Part shown: piece after piece, positions 35,365 to 43,453 of the stretch
Numbering within the stretch: the first letter of the stretch is position 1
Layout: every line of letters begins with the position of its first letter
Origin: an uncultured delta proteobacterium
GTDB taxonomy: Bacteria; Myxococcota_A; Polyangia; Polyangiales; Polyangiaceae
NCBI GenBank assembly: GCA_963850305.1
Contig: CAWKKR010000001.1
Span: 288,001-352,000 of the forward strand
DNA: 64,000 nucleotides
Direction of reading: 5' to 3'
Program-made: the position numbers and the translations under genes
The notes under the pieces: generated by a model
What the model saw: the letters and a program-made list of their open reading frames with translations, nothing else
What the model was told of the DNA's origin: nothing
Databases searched by the model: none

Positions 35365-36426
35365 TCACGGGGTGGGCGCGGAAGCGGCTGCGACGACTTC
35401 CTTCACGTCCAGCGCGATGGCGCAGCTATTCACCTGTCGCTGCTCGGCCGCGAGCACATCGGGAGGCACTGCGGCACCGCCGCCGACGGGGACAAACTCG
35501 CCCGCAGCCTCGGCGCGGACTCGGGCGAGCAACATGCCCTCGCGCAGGTCCCAGATCCCGACCCGGGCCGCATGAGGCGCTCGCTCGAGGCGTTCATCCT
35601 CGGTCTCCTGACGTTCGTCTCGCGCACGGGGGAGCGCGGGCGGAAGACCGCCGGGCGGTTCTTCGTCGAGGACGGCGGTGAAATAACGCGCACGCTGCAG
35701 CAACTCCACGGCGATGGGGACGTCGTTCTTCGTCACGGCCTCGAGGTCGAGATCGAAGGCGCGGACCGATAGGTCCGTCGACGCTTGGTGCAGCTCATCG
35801 GTCCACTCCGGCGACAGGATCCGCAGGGTGCGGTACGCAAGCCTGAGGTTGTACGGTTGCGACGGCCGCGCGCAGACCGAGTAATCGTTACACACGAGCC
35901 CCCCGCGGCAATCCGACGGCTTGGTGCAAGGGGGGCCTTCCGACGACTCGTGCCGCACGAACAAGCACGAGGTGACCCCATCCCGCAGCGACCCAGCTGC
36001 CGCCGCTCGGAGCGACTTCGCGTCATGGGCGCTTGCAAGACGGACTCGCAGATACACGCCGGGACTACTCGCGATCCGATCGAGGGACACGCCCTTCGCG
36101 ACGAAGTTCTGCAGGGGGTCCCCGGCGAGTTCGAAGACCCACGCCTCGACGCGATCCCGGAAGGGAATGATCTTCGGCCCGAGCGCCTGCATGACCGCTC
36201 GCTGACGGGCCATGACGGCGCTCTTCTGGCTCTCGAGCTGCCCCTCCGCGATCTTCCAATAGATGATGCCGAACGCAGCGAACCCGATTGCCGTCCACAG
36301 CCAGAATTGCGGAGAGCCTCCGTAGATCCTCGCCTTACCCCCGACGATGGCGCGCCTTCGCAGCTCGCGGGCTTCGTTCAGCGACGGAAGACCGCGCTGC
36401 CTGGGGCTACGAACGGTCGCCGACGC
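35365..36426 (-). CDS. Hypothetical membrane-anchored protein with a small Cys-rich motif; start codon uncertain
   Basis: The frame of track ORF 35365..36213 stays open upstream to the aglS stop and encodes a TM helix (FWLWTAIGFAAFGIIYW). Contains CTKPSDCRGGLVCNDYSVC. Confidence 0.6.
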   Translation of the reverse strand, partial: ASATVRSPRQRGLPSLNEARELRRRAIVGGKARIYGGSPQFWLWTAIGFAAFGIIYWKIAEGQLESQKSAVMARQRAVMQALGPKIIPFRDRVEAWVFELAGDPLQNFVAKGVSLDRIASSPGVYLRVRLASAHDAKSLRAAAAGSLRDGVTSCLFVRHESSEGPPCTKPSDCRGGLVCNDYSVCARPSQPYNLRLAYRTLRILSPEWTDELHQASTDLSVRAFDLDLEAVTKNDVPIAVELLQRARYFTAVLDEEPPGGLPPALPRARDERQETEDERLERAPHAARVGIWDLREGMLLARVRAEAAGEFVPVGGGAAVPPDVLAAEQRQVNSCAIALDVKEVVAAASAPTP

Positions 36427-37008
36427 TCACCCCGCGCCGCCGCCGGGCTTCCCGAGACGCTTCGTCATGAAGCTCACCTGCGGGTAGCCGGCGAACGCCG
36501 CCGTCTGGAACACGCTCTTCACGACCAGAGCCGTGACGCGCTTGTCGACCTGCAACACGACGATGCCCGGGAAGGGTTTGGACCCATTGATCTGCTTCCA
36601 GAGCTCTCGCTTGCTCTTCAGCACGTTGAACAGCTCGTCCACGCGCTGAAGCCGGTTGGCGTCCTCGATCGCTCGCGTGTTCCCGGCGGGAATCCCGTCC
36701 ACGAGAATGTTCGTGCCCGTGATGGCGACCATCGGCGCTTCGACCATGTCCAGCACGTTCATGGCGCTCGGCAACTGCACGTTCTTGTCGACCGGGAGCT
36801 CACCGGACGCGGAAAAGCTCGCCAGCAGAAAGAGCACGATGCAGAGCAAGAAGTCGATGAAGGGAACCAGCGGGAGTTCCTGGTTGACCGACCGATGCCC
36901 TCCGCCCGTCGCCTTCTTCTTCACGAAGTCGAGCGCGACGTGGTGGATCAGCCTCCGCCCGGGCACCGAGATTGGTTGATGAAACCGAGATAGGGCTTTG
37001 TTGCTCAT
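36427..37008 (-). CDS. aglS: ExbD/TolR-family motor subunit, AglS-like
   Basis: ISVPGRR N-terminus, TM with Asp (VPFIDF), FSASGE..VQLP; third gene of the ExbB-ExbD-ExbD operon. Orthology recalled from memory of M. xanthus AglS. Confidence 0.75.
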   Translation of the reverse strand: MSNKALSRFHQPISVPGRRLIHHVALDFVKKKATGGGHRSVNQELPLVPFIDFLLCIVLFLLASFSASGELPVDKNVQLPSAMNVLDMVEAPMVAITGTNILVDGIPAGNTRAIEDANRLQRVDELFNVLKSKRELWKQINGSKPFPGIVVLQVDKRVTALVVKSVFQTAAFAGYPQVSFMTKRLGKPGGGAG

Positions 37009-37018
37009 CTGGGTTCCC

Positions 37019-37579
37019 TCAGTTCACGGCGAAAGTGACGTTGAATGCAGGCACGTCTTGTTCCTGCGACCCATACTTGAACTGGCGCTTCGGCGTGTAA
37101 ATCGCGTCGATCACGGCGACGATGTCGGAAAAGGGCGTCGTGTTGTCAGTGTGAAGAATGGCCTGATCGAATTTCTTGTCGGTCGAAGCACGGTGACTTC
37201 CATTCTGAGTCCACTCTTCCTGCACCTTCTTCGCGAGGTCCGGATACGTGTACTCGTTCTCGCCGAACGGCACTTGCTTCTTGGGCACCTCGATGGTGTT
37301 CACGACCGTCGTGCCCTCTTTCCAGACCAGGTCGAACTTCCGATCCCCGCGCATCTCGACGTGGAGGGTCTTCTCCTTCTTCACGTCTACGGGCTGATCG
37401 GGCTGAGGCGGCCCCGGCACCTGGGCGTCCGCGTTGAGCCGCGCCATCTGCGACCAGACCGCGGTCACGAGGAGGAACATCACGAGACAGAGCAGAAAGT
37501 CGATGAACGGAACCAGCGGCAGTTCCTGGTTGACCGACCGCCTTCCACCATGTCCGCCACCGACGTCAATGCCAGCCAT
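37019..37579 (-). CDS. aglQ: ExbD/TolR-family motor subunit, AglQ-like
   Basis: MAGIDVGGG..LVPFIDFL..FLLVTAVWSQMARL resembles AglQ; TM Asp present. Confidence 0.78.
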   Translation of the reverse strand: MAGIDVGGGHGGRRSVNQELPLVPFIDFLLCLVMFLLVTAVWSQMARLNADAQVPGPPQPDQPVDVKKEKTLHVEMRGDRKFDLVWKEGTTVVNTIEVPKKQVPFGENEYTYPDLAKKVQEEWTQNGSHRASTDKKFDQAILHTDNTTPFSDIVAVIDAIYTPKRQFKYGSQEQDVPAFNVTFAVN

Positions 37580-37659
37580 TGCAACTCCCTGTCAGCACTT
37601 GGGGGACGCGACGGGCCCCGCGCTCCTGTGGGGGGCGAGACCCGCTTGGCGCGCTCCGT

Positions 37660-38316
37660 CTACTGACCCTCGAGTCCCTGGAGGTTCACCTTTTGGCGGT
37701 TCGACACGACAAGGTTCAGTACACGCACCGATGCCTCGTTGATGTCGTCCTCGAGACCTTGCGTCTTGCCGTTCAAAACGGCAAAGCCGGCAAGCGCCGT
37801 GATGGCGGAGATCAGCCCGAATGCCGTGCAGTTCATGGCCTCCGAGATGCCCTCCGCGAGGATGCGCGCCTTCTGGCTGGGGTCGACGCTTTCGCCGCCG
37901 ACCGCTCCGAAGGCCTTGATGAGACCCACGATGGTCCCGAAGAGGCCATTCAGCATTGCCAGGTTCGCGAAGAGAGCGAGGAACCCCGTGCGCTTCGAGA
38001 TCTTGGGCATCTCCTGGAGCGCCGCTTCGTCCATGGCCGCCTGAACCTCTTCGTCCGACCGGTTCACCTTGACGAGGCCGGCCTGGACGATGCGCGCGAG
38101 CGGCGCATTCGCCGCCGAACACATCTTCACGGCCTTGGCGACGTCCCCCGCGAGAATGCATTTCTGCATCGTCGCCAGGAACACCTCCTTATTGATGGAG
38201 GCGCCCCAGAGGTAGACGGCGCGCTCGGCGATGACCGCGATCGAAAACACGAGCCACACCAGAATGAGCCACATGGCCCAGCCGCCCATTTGAAAGTGAT
38301 GCCAGAGATCAGCCAT
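37660..38316 (-). CDS. aglR: MotA/TolQ/ExbB proton-channel subunit, AglR-like
   Basis: ASINKEVFL, EVQAAMDEA, GLFGTIVGLI, GISEAMNCTAFGL and DINEASV motifs. Confidence 0.82.
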   Translation of the reverse strand: MADLWHHFQMGGWAMWLILVWLVFSIAVIAERAVYLWGASINKEVFLATMQKCILAGDVAKAVKMCSAANAPLARIVQAGLVKVNRSDEEVQAAMDEAALQEMPKISKRTGFLALFANLAMLNGLFGTIVGLIKAFGAVGGESVDPSQKARILAEGISEAMNCTAFGLISAITALAGFAVLNGKTQGLEDDINEASVRVLNLVVSNRQKVNLQGLEGQ

Positions 38317-38470
38317 CGTCCTTTACCTTTTTCTCCGAGTGCGGCGGTCCCTAGTGCAGTCGCGTTCGACGTGGTGCGAGTAGGCGGGACCACCGGCCAC
38401 CGCATCCACCCAGGACTTTGCCAGGAAGTTGGCTGCCCGCGACCGAATGCGGAACAGCCCGGACAGGCGC

Positions 38471-38500
38471 ATCTTCGCGAAGGGGACCCCAGCCCGTCAA
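38471..38500 (-). promoter_or_regulatory. Candidate sigma70 promoter of the aglRQS-like operon
   Basis: Minus strand TTGACG-18 bp-GAAGAT. Confidence 0.35.
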
Positions 38501-38897
38501 GAGAGATTGGAATTCACCCGCATCTTCGCGTCCGACCAGAAAGTTGCATGAATACCGCGCATTCTCGATCGCTGTCAGAGGGGATTTTGCCGCGAGAGCG
38601 GCCGGCATGACGGCCCGGGGCGTCACCATCGGTGGCTTTCCATTCGAGCTCCGGACGACGCTTTCGTTGGTACCAGTCGGTCCTGGTGGATCGCTGAATG
38701 ACGACCGAGTTCCTCGCGGAAACACCAGTTGCCCGACGGCGGGAATCAGCCGCCCTTCCACTTCGAGAAGCGGGGCGAGAAAGCGTCGGCGAGCGATAGA
38801 GAACGACTGAGCGAAAAGGGAAATGCCATCGCCGGAAGCCCGAGCGGAGCTGGTCGCGAGAAGGCAGAAATCAAAAATCGGTAAAGCGTGACCGAGC

Positions 38898-38927
38898 TTG
38901 CAAGCCGTCTCGCGCGGCGGCTATAGT
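38898..38927 (+). promoter_or_regulatory. Candidate sigma70 promoter of the second motor operon
   Basis: TTGCAA-18 bp-TATAGT. Confidence 0.55.
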
Positions 38928-39014
38928 CGCCCTCACGTTTGTCAAAAGGCCCAGCTAGCGCGTCTGGGGTTCGTCTCAAAGAGAGACTGGTCGATTCAGA
39001 AAGGGACATGGGGA

Positions 39015-39692
39015 ATGCAACTTCTGCTTCTCGCGGCACAAGAAGCCAGCGGCGGCGGCGACAGCCAGCTGGTCGAGGCGTTCAAGCACAATCCCACCTT
39101 CATGGTCTTGAACCTGTGCGCCTCCGCGATCGTGCTTACCATCGTGGTGGAACGCTTCACGTTCCAGCTGACGCGCTACCGGGTGAACTCGAAGGAGTTC
39201 TTTGCTCAGATCAAGAAGCTGGTCACGGCGGGTAACATCGATCGAGCCATCAAGCTCTGCGAGGCCAGTGACTACCCGATCCTGCAGCTCGTGAAGGCTG
39301 GGTTGACCCACTCGAACAAGGGCCCGGACGAAATCGACGCGGCGCTGAGCGAAAAGCTGAGCGAGCTCAAGCCACAGGCCGAGAAGCGGGTCGGTGCGCT
39401 CTGGTCGATGGCGAATATCTCGACCCTGATCGGACTTCTTGGAACGGTCAGCGGTCTGATCGCGACCTTCGGCGCCATCGCGGCACCAGGCCTCTCGCAG
39501 GCCGACAAGCAGCGCATGCTCTCGAACGGTATCGCCGAAGCCATGTACAACACGGCTCTCGGCCTCGGTATCGCGGTGTTCTGCATGATCACGCACATCC
39601 TGCTTCACACGCGGGCCAAGGCCATCCAGCATGATCTCGAGAGCACGGTCGAAAAAACGTTCAACCTGCTGACGATCCAGCAACGCGGCTGA
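39015..39692 (+). CDS. MotA/TolQ/ExbB-family proton-channel protein (second paralogue)
   Basis: ANISTLIGLLGTVSGLI and GIAEAMYNTALGL motifs. Confidence 0.9.
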   Translation: MQLLLLAAQEASGGGDSQLVEAFKHNPTFMVLNLCASAIVLTIVVERFTFQLTRYRVNSKEFFAQIKKLVTAGNIDRAIKLCEASDYPILQLVKAGLTHSNKGPDEIDAALSEKLSELKPQAEKRVGALWSMANISTLIGLLGTVSGLIATFGAIAAPGLSQADKQRMLSNGIAEAMYNTALGLGIAVFCMITHILLHTRAKAIQHDLESTVEKTFNLLTIQQRG

Positions 39693-39711
39693 ACCGACGG
39701 CGCACGCCAGC

Positions 39712-40269
39712 ATGGCGCAAGAAAAGCTCAGCACGGCTCAGATCGCCAAGATTCGGCGCCTGAGTCAGCCTCGCGAACTCGCTCCCGATGAGGAGGGCGG
39801 CGAGCTCAATATCGTGCCGTTCCTCGATATCATCATGAACATCTTGATCTTCGTGCTCGCGACCGTCTCGGTCACGTTCACGGCGACGATCGAGACGCAA
39901 CCGCCGGCGAGCGGCGGAAGCGGCGTCCGCAAGGAGATGGAGAGCAAGGCGCTGAACCTCACGGTGTTGATCGTAAATGACGGGTTCTCCATCAAGGCGT
40001 CCGGCGGCAACGTTGCTCCAGGCTGCGAGGGCGTCGGGTCGGGAATCGCGATTCCGATGAGGAGCGGCACCTACGACTACGACGCCCTGACCGACTGCGC
40101 GAACAAGCTCAAGCAATCCTCTGCGGACTTCGCTGATGAGACGCAGGTCTACATCAGCGCAAACCCGGGCACGGATTACCAGACGGTGATCAGCACCATC
40201 GACGCGCTTCGTTCGACGCGACATGGGGAACCACTCTTCACGGACGTGAACTTCAAGGTGCCCCGATGA
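39712..40269 (+). CDS. ExbD/TolR-family protein
   Basis: ELNIVPFLDIIMNILIFVL TM with Asp; YQTVISTIDA. Confidence 0.88.
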   Translation: MAQEKLSTAQIAKIRRLSQPRELAPDEEGGELNIVPFLDIIMNILIFVLATVSVTFTATIETQPPASGGSGVRKEMESKALNLTVLIVNDGFSIKASGGNVAPGCEGVGSGIAIPMRSGTYDYDALTDCANKLKQSSADFADETQVYISANPGTDYQTVISTIDALRSTRHGEPLFTDVNFKVPR

Positions 40270-40889
40270 GCCAGGGACAGGGCCCGGCGGCGCCCAAAGC
40301 GCCGAAAGCATCCGCCGCGAAGTTCAAGGCAGCGCTGCGGAAATCGATCCGGAAGAACGCCCACGACCAGGAGATCAACTTCCTCAACATCACCGCGATG
40401 CTCGACATCATGACGATCATCCTGGTGTTTCTCCTGAAGAGCCTGGGTGAATCGACCGCCTCGGTGCCACAGAGCAACGATCTCAAGATCCCGAGCTCGT
40501 TCGTCACGTCCCAGCCGAGCATGGAAGGCGTGGTCGTGACGGTCTCGAAGTCGCAGATTCTGGTCGGGGACGACAAGATCATGTCGCTCCCGAGTCGCCA
40601 GTCTCTGGCGCAGTCCGGCGTCGGAGCCCAGTACAAACGGAGCGGCCCGAACGACCTCTACATCGTGCCGCTCGGGAACGCGCTGCAGGCCGCCCGCAAG
40701 ACCGACAAGGCCGTCCGCGCGGCAAAGGGGCTCGACCCGTCGACGTCGGAGGCGATCATCATCGCGGACAACACGACGCCCTATCGGCTTTTCATCGAGG
40801 TCTTGTTCACCCTCGGGCAAAACGAGTTCGGTAAGTATCACCTCATGGTGATGCAGAAGAAGGCGCCCGCGCCGGCCAGCAAGACATAG
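40266..40889 (+). CDS. ExbD/TolR-family protein
   Basis: LNITAMLDIMTIILVFLL TM with Asp; IIADNTTPY; ATGA overlap with the previous gene. Confidence 0.88.
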   Translation: MSQGQGPAAPKAPKASAAKFKAALRKSIRKNAHDQEINFLNITAMLDIMTIILVFLLKSLGESTASVPQSNDLKIPSSFVTSQPSMEGVVVTVSKSQILVGDDKIMSLPSRQSLAQSGVGAQYKRSGPNDLYIVPLGNALQAARKTDKAVRAAKGLDPSTSEAIIIADNTTPYRLFIEVLFTLGQNEFGKYHLMVMQKKAPAPASKT

Positions 40890-41279
40890 ACGTTCGAGCG
40901 GGATTGAACGTGCGGTGGGCCCGCCGCAGAAAAGCCTCACGCTTCCGTGGGGTTTGATGGATTCTGGCGTCGTCTCTGGGTAGCCCGCCGCTCGGATGGT
41001 TCGAGAGCAGGGGTGGTAGCGCCACCTCTCCCCCGCGGCTCGAGGACCGATACCCGGGGAGCCGGAAAAACCGCCTTGCGGGCTCCGAGAACCCCGTGCT
41101 ACGAGCGACTCAGGTTACGGATCGTCGCGCCTTTGGGAGTGGCTCGCGTCGACGAACGATCGCCTGGGTGTCGTTTCGTCGGAGCCTCCTCCCGCGCCGG
41201 GGCGGCCGTAGCTGGTTGCGCCGTTCCTCAAGCAAACGCCCGAGGGGCATCCACTCTCAGGTCGGCGCAGGATCGCACC

Positions 41280-43430
41280 TTGCTGACCGAATTGGCCGTC
41301 GTCCTCTGCTTGGATTTCCTGAGCGTCGCTCTGGCGGTGGCGCTCGCCCGCTGGACGCTCCGCCGCGGGACGCCCGGACCGGAATCGCGGCGGCTGGTCA
41401 ACGCCGCCACTCGTGCGTCGGAAGCGTTCCTGCTCCGGGAAGGAAAGTTGGCCGCCGTCGGCACCGCGCTCGCGGTGACCATGATTCTCGGTCTGCGCGG
41501 GGCGCTCCTGCTTCGCCACGTGAACACGCCGCTGTCGACGGCACTCTGGACGACATTCGCGGCTCTGCTCGGCGCGTCGCTGACGGTCCTCGTCGCGTAC
41601 CTCACCATGGCCGTCGGTCTTCGCGCGACGCTCAGGACGGTCCGGGCGGCGGAAGCCAGCCTCGATCAGGCCGCAGCGCTGTCGCTGCGAGCCGCGGGCG
41701 TCGCTGCGTTCTCCGCCGAGGCGCTGGGTGCTGGCGCGGTCGCGGGCTTGCTCGGGCTCGTTTATCTCGTAGGCGGAGGGGGAGCAGCGGCCTCCGTTGC
41801 CCGCGCCACGGTTCTCTTCGAGCGCGCGGCGACGGTTCTCCCGGGGCTCGCGCTCGGCAGCCTCGCGACCGCGGTCGTACTGGGTCTCGGGGGCTCCGCG
41901 TACCGCGTCACCGCATCGGCGCCGGCCGCGGAGGAGTTCGGCGTGGACGTCACCGATCCACGGAATCCGTCCATGGTGGCGAACCTGGTTGGCGACCACG
42001 TGGGGACCGGCGTGCGGCGCGCGGTCGATCTCTTTACGGCGGCCACGCTTGCCAACGTTGCCGGCGTCGTGCTGGGCGTCGCGGCATTCCGGATCAACGC
42101 CGGCGCATCGGGCAGTCACGCGTGGGCGCTGGTCACGCTCCCGCTCGTGGCTCGCTCGGTGGGCGTCGTCGGTTCGGCTTTCGGCCTCTTCACGGCCAAG
42201 GTCGAAGAAGCCGAGCGCGCCTCGCTCGCGCTCTGGCGCGGACTGCTCACCGCGACGATCCTGGCCATCGGCGGCATCGGCGGCGCCTCGTTCTGGCTCG
42301 TCGGCGGGACGGAGTGCCTCTGGGTCGGACTCGGGGGCGTGCTCGGCGTGCTGACGGCAGTTTGGGTCGGTCACACAGCGCGCCGAGGCGTTGACCGAAG
42401 ATCCGAGTCCGTACAAGGAGTACTGGATGCGTCGCGCGCCGGGCACGCGAGCGCCATCGCGCGCGGCGTCGCCGTGGGATGCCGCGGAACCTTGTTGCAG
42501 GTCGCGCTCGCGGCGCTGGCGCTCTGTGCGTCCTTCAACCTGGGCGAGCATTCCCACCTCCCCGGCGGCGGCCTCCTCGGTACGTCGATGGCCCTATCCG
42601 GCTTCCTGGCGCTGAGCCCATATCTGCTCGCTGTCGGCCTGTTCGGACCCATTGTCAGCGGCGTCATCGGTATCGCCGCCCTCGAACCCGACGCGAATCG
42701 TCCCGAGGTACGACGGCGCGCCGCGGTGCTGGAAGATGCTGGTTTCCAGGGGGGGCGGGTTGCCGAGTCGTTCTTCATCGCCCTCGGCGGCATGGCGGCA
42801 GTCGTCGCCGGACTCGGGATTCCACTTGCATCGGCATCTCCGGATGCGGTTCCGCTCAGCTTGGATCGGCCGCTGGTGATCTGGTCGGGCGCCCTCGGAA
42901 CGGCTCTGATCATCGCATTCGCCGGGCGGGCCCTCGAGATCGCAGCGCGCGGAGCGCGCGCCACCACAGCCGAGGTCGAGCGCCAGCTGCGCGCGTTTCC
43001 GCGCGAGGCTGGAGTCGCACAGATCCCGGAAGGTTACACTCCGAGCTACCGAGCGCTGATCGACATCGCAAGCCGAGCATCCGTGGACGGCCTTCTGGCC
43101 CCGGCGCTCCTCGGTCTGGTCGCGCCCGCCGTTCTTGGCTTCGGTCTGCGAGTGCTGTACATGTCGCCCGCTCTTGCCGTGGAGGGACTGACTGCGTTCG
43201 TCGCCATCGCCGCCGCGACCGGACTCGGCGCGGCGCTCGCGGCGGACGGGGCGAGCGCGGTTCTCGAGGTCACGTGCCGGGAGAATCGATCCGGTGGCAA
43301 TCCCTCGGCGCTCGCCGGCTACCAGATCGGCAGCTTCATCGGAGAGACGGGGCGACCCGCCGCGCAACTGTTCATCAAAACCTTCGCAGCCACGGCGCTC
43401 GTCATCGCGCCGATGCTGATCGCTTCCTGA
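41280..43430 (+). CDS. Membrane pyrophosphatase (HppA-fold) homologue with degenerate catalytic motifs
   Basis: About 716 aa with many TM helices. Residual motifs AFLLRE, DPRNPSMVANLVGDHVG, DLF, FGPI, EVERQ and PSY..LIDI occur in HppA order. Start TTG 41280 is inferred. Confidence 0.8.
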   Translation: MLTELAVVLCLDFLSVALAVALARWTLRRGTPGPESRRLVNAATRASEAFLLREGKLAAVGTALAVTMILGLRGALLLRHVNTPLSTALWTTFAALLGASLTVLVAYLTMAVGLRATLRTVRAAEASLDQAAALSLRAAGVAAFSAEALGAGAVAGLLGLVYLVGGGGAAASVARATVLFERAATVLPGLALGSLATAVVLGLGGSAYRVTASAPAAEEFGVDVTDPRNPSMVANLVGDHVGTGVRRAVDLFTAATLANVAGVVLGVAAFRINAGASGSHAWALVTLPLVARSVGVVGSAFGLFTAKVEEAERASLALWRGLLTATILAIGGIGGASFWLVGGTECLWVGLGGVLGVLTAVWVGHTARRGVDRRSESVQGVLDASRAGHASAIARGVAVGCRGTLLQVALAALALCASFNLGEHSHLPGGGLLGTSMALSGFLALSPYLLAVGLFGPIVSGVIGIAALEPDANRPEVRRRAAVLEDAGFQGGRVAESFFIALGGMAAVVAGLGIPLASASPDAVPLSLDRPLVIWSGALGTALIIAFAGRALEIAARGARATTAEVERQLRAFPREAGVAQIPEGYTPSYRALIDIASRASVDGLLAPALLGLVAPAVLGFGLRVLYMSPALAVEGLTAFVAIAAATGLGAALAADGASAVLEVTCRENRSGGNPSALAGYQIGSFIGETGRPAAQLFIKTFAATALVIAPMLIAS

Positions 43431-43453
43431 ATCATCAACCCCGAGGCTCCTGA

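Noticed and set aside
32333..35575. 1080-aa ORF in the track
   Set aside because: A chimera of the antisense shadow of ccr, the real mcd N-terminal half, and out-of-frame sequence after the frameshift.
41237..41261. Glycine-riboswitch-like CTCTCAGG
   Set aside because: Lacks the GGAGA and CCGAAG elements, and the downstream gene has no glycine context.
40947..41279. N-terminal extension of the 827-aa ORF
   Set aside because: Arg-rich, non-coding-like sequence; similarity to HppA starts near 41280.
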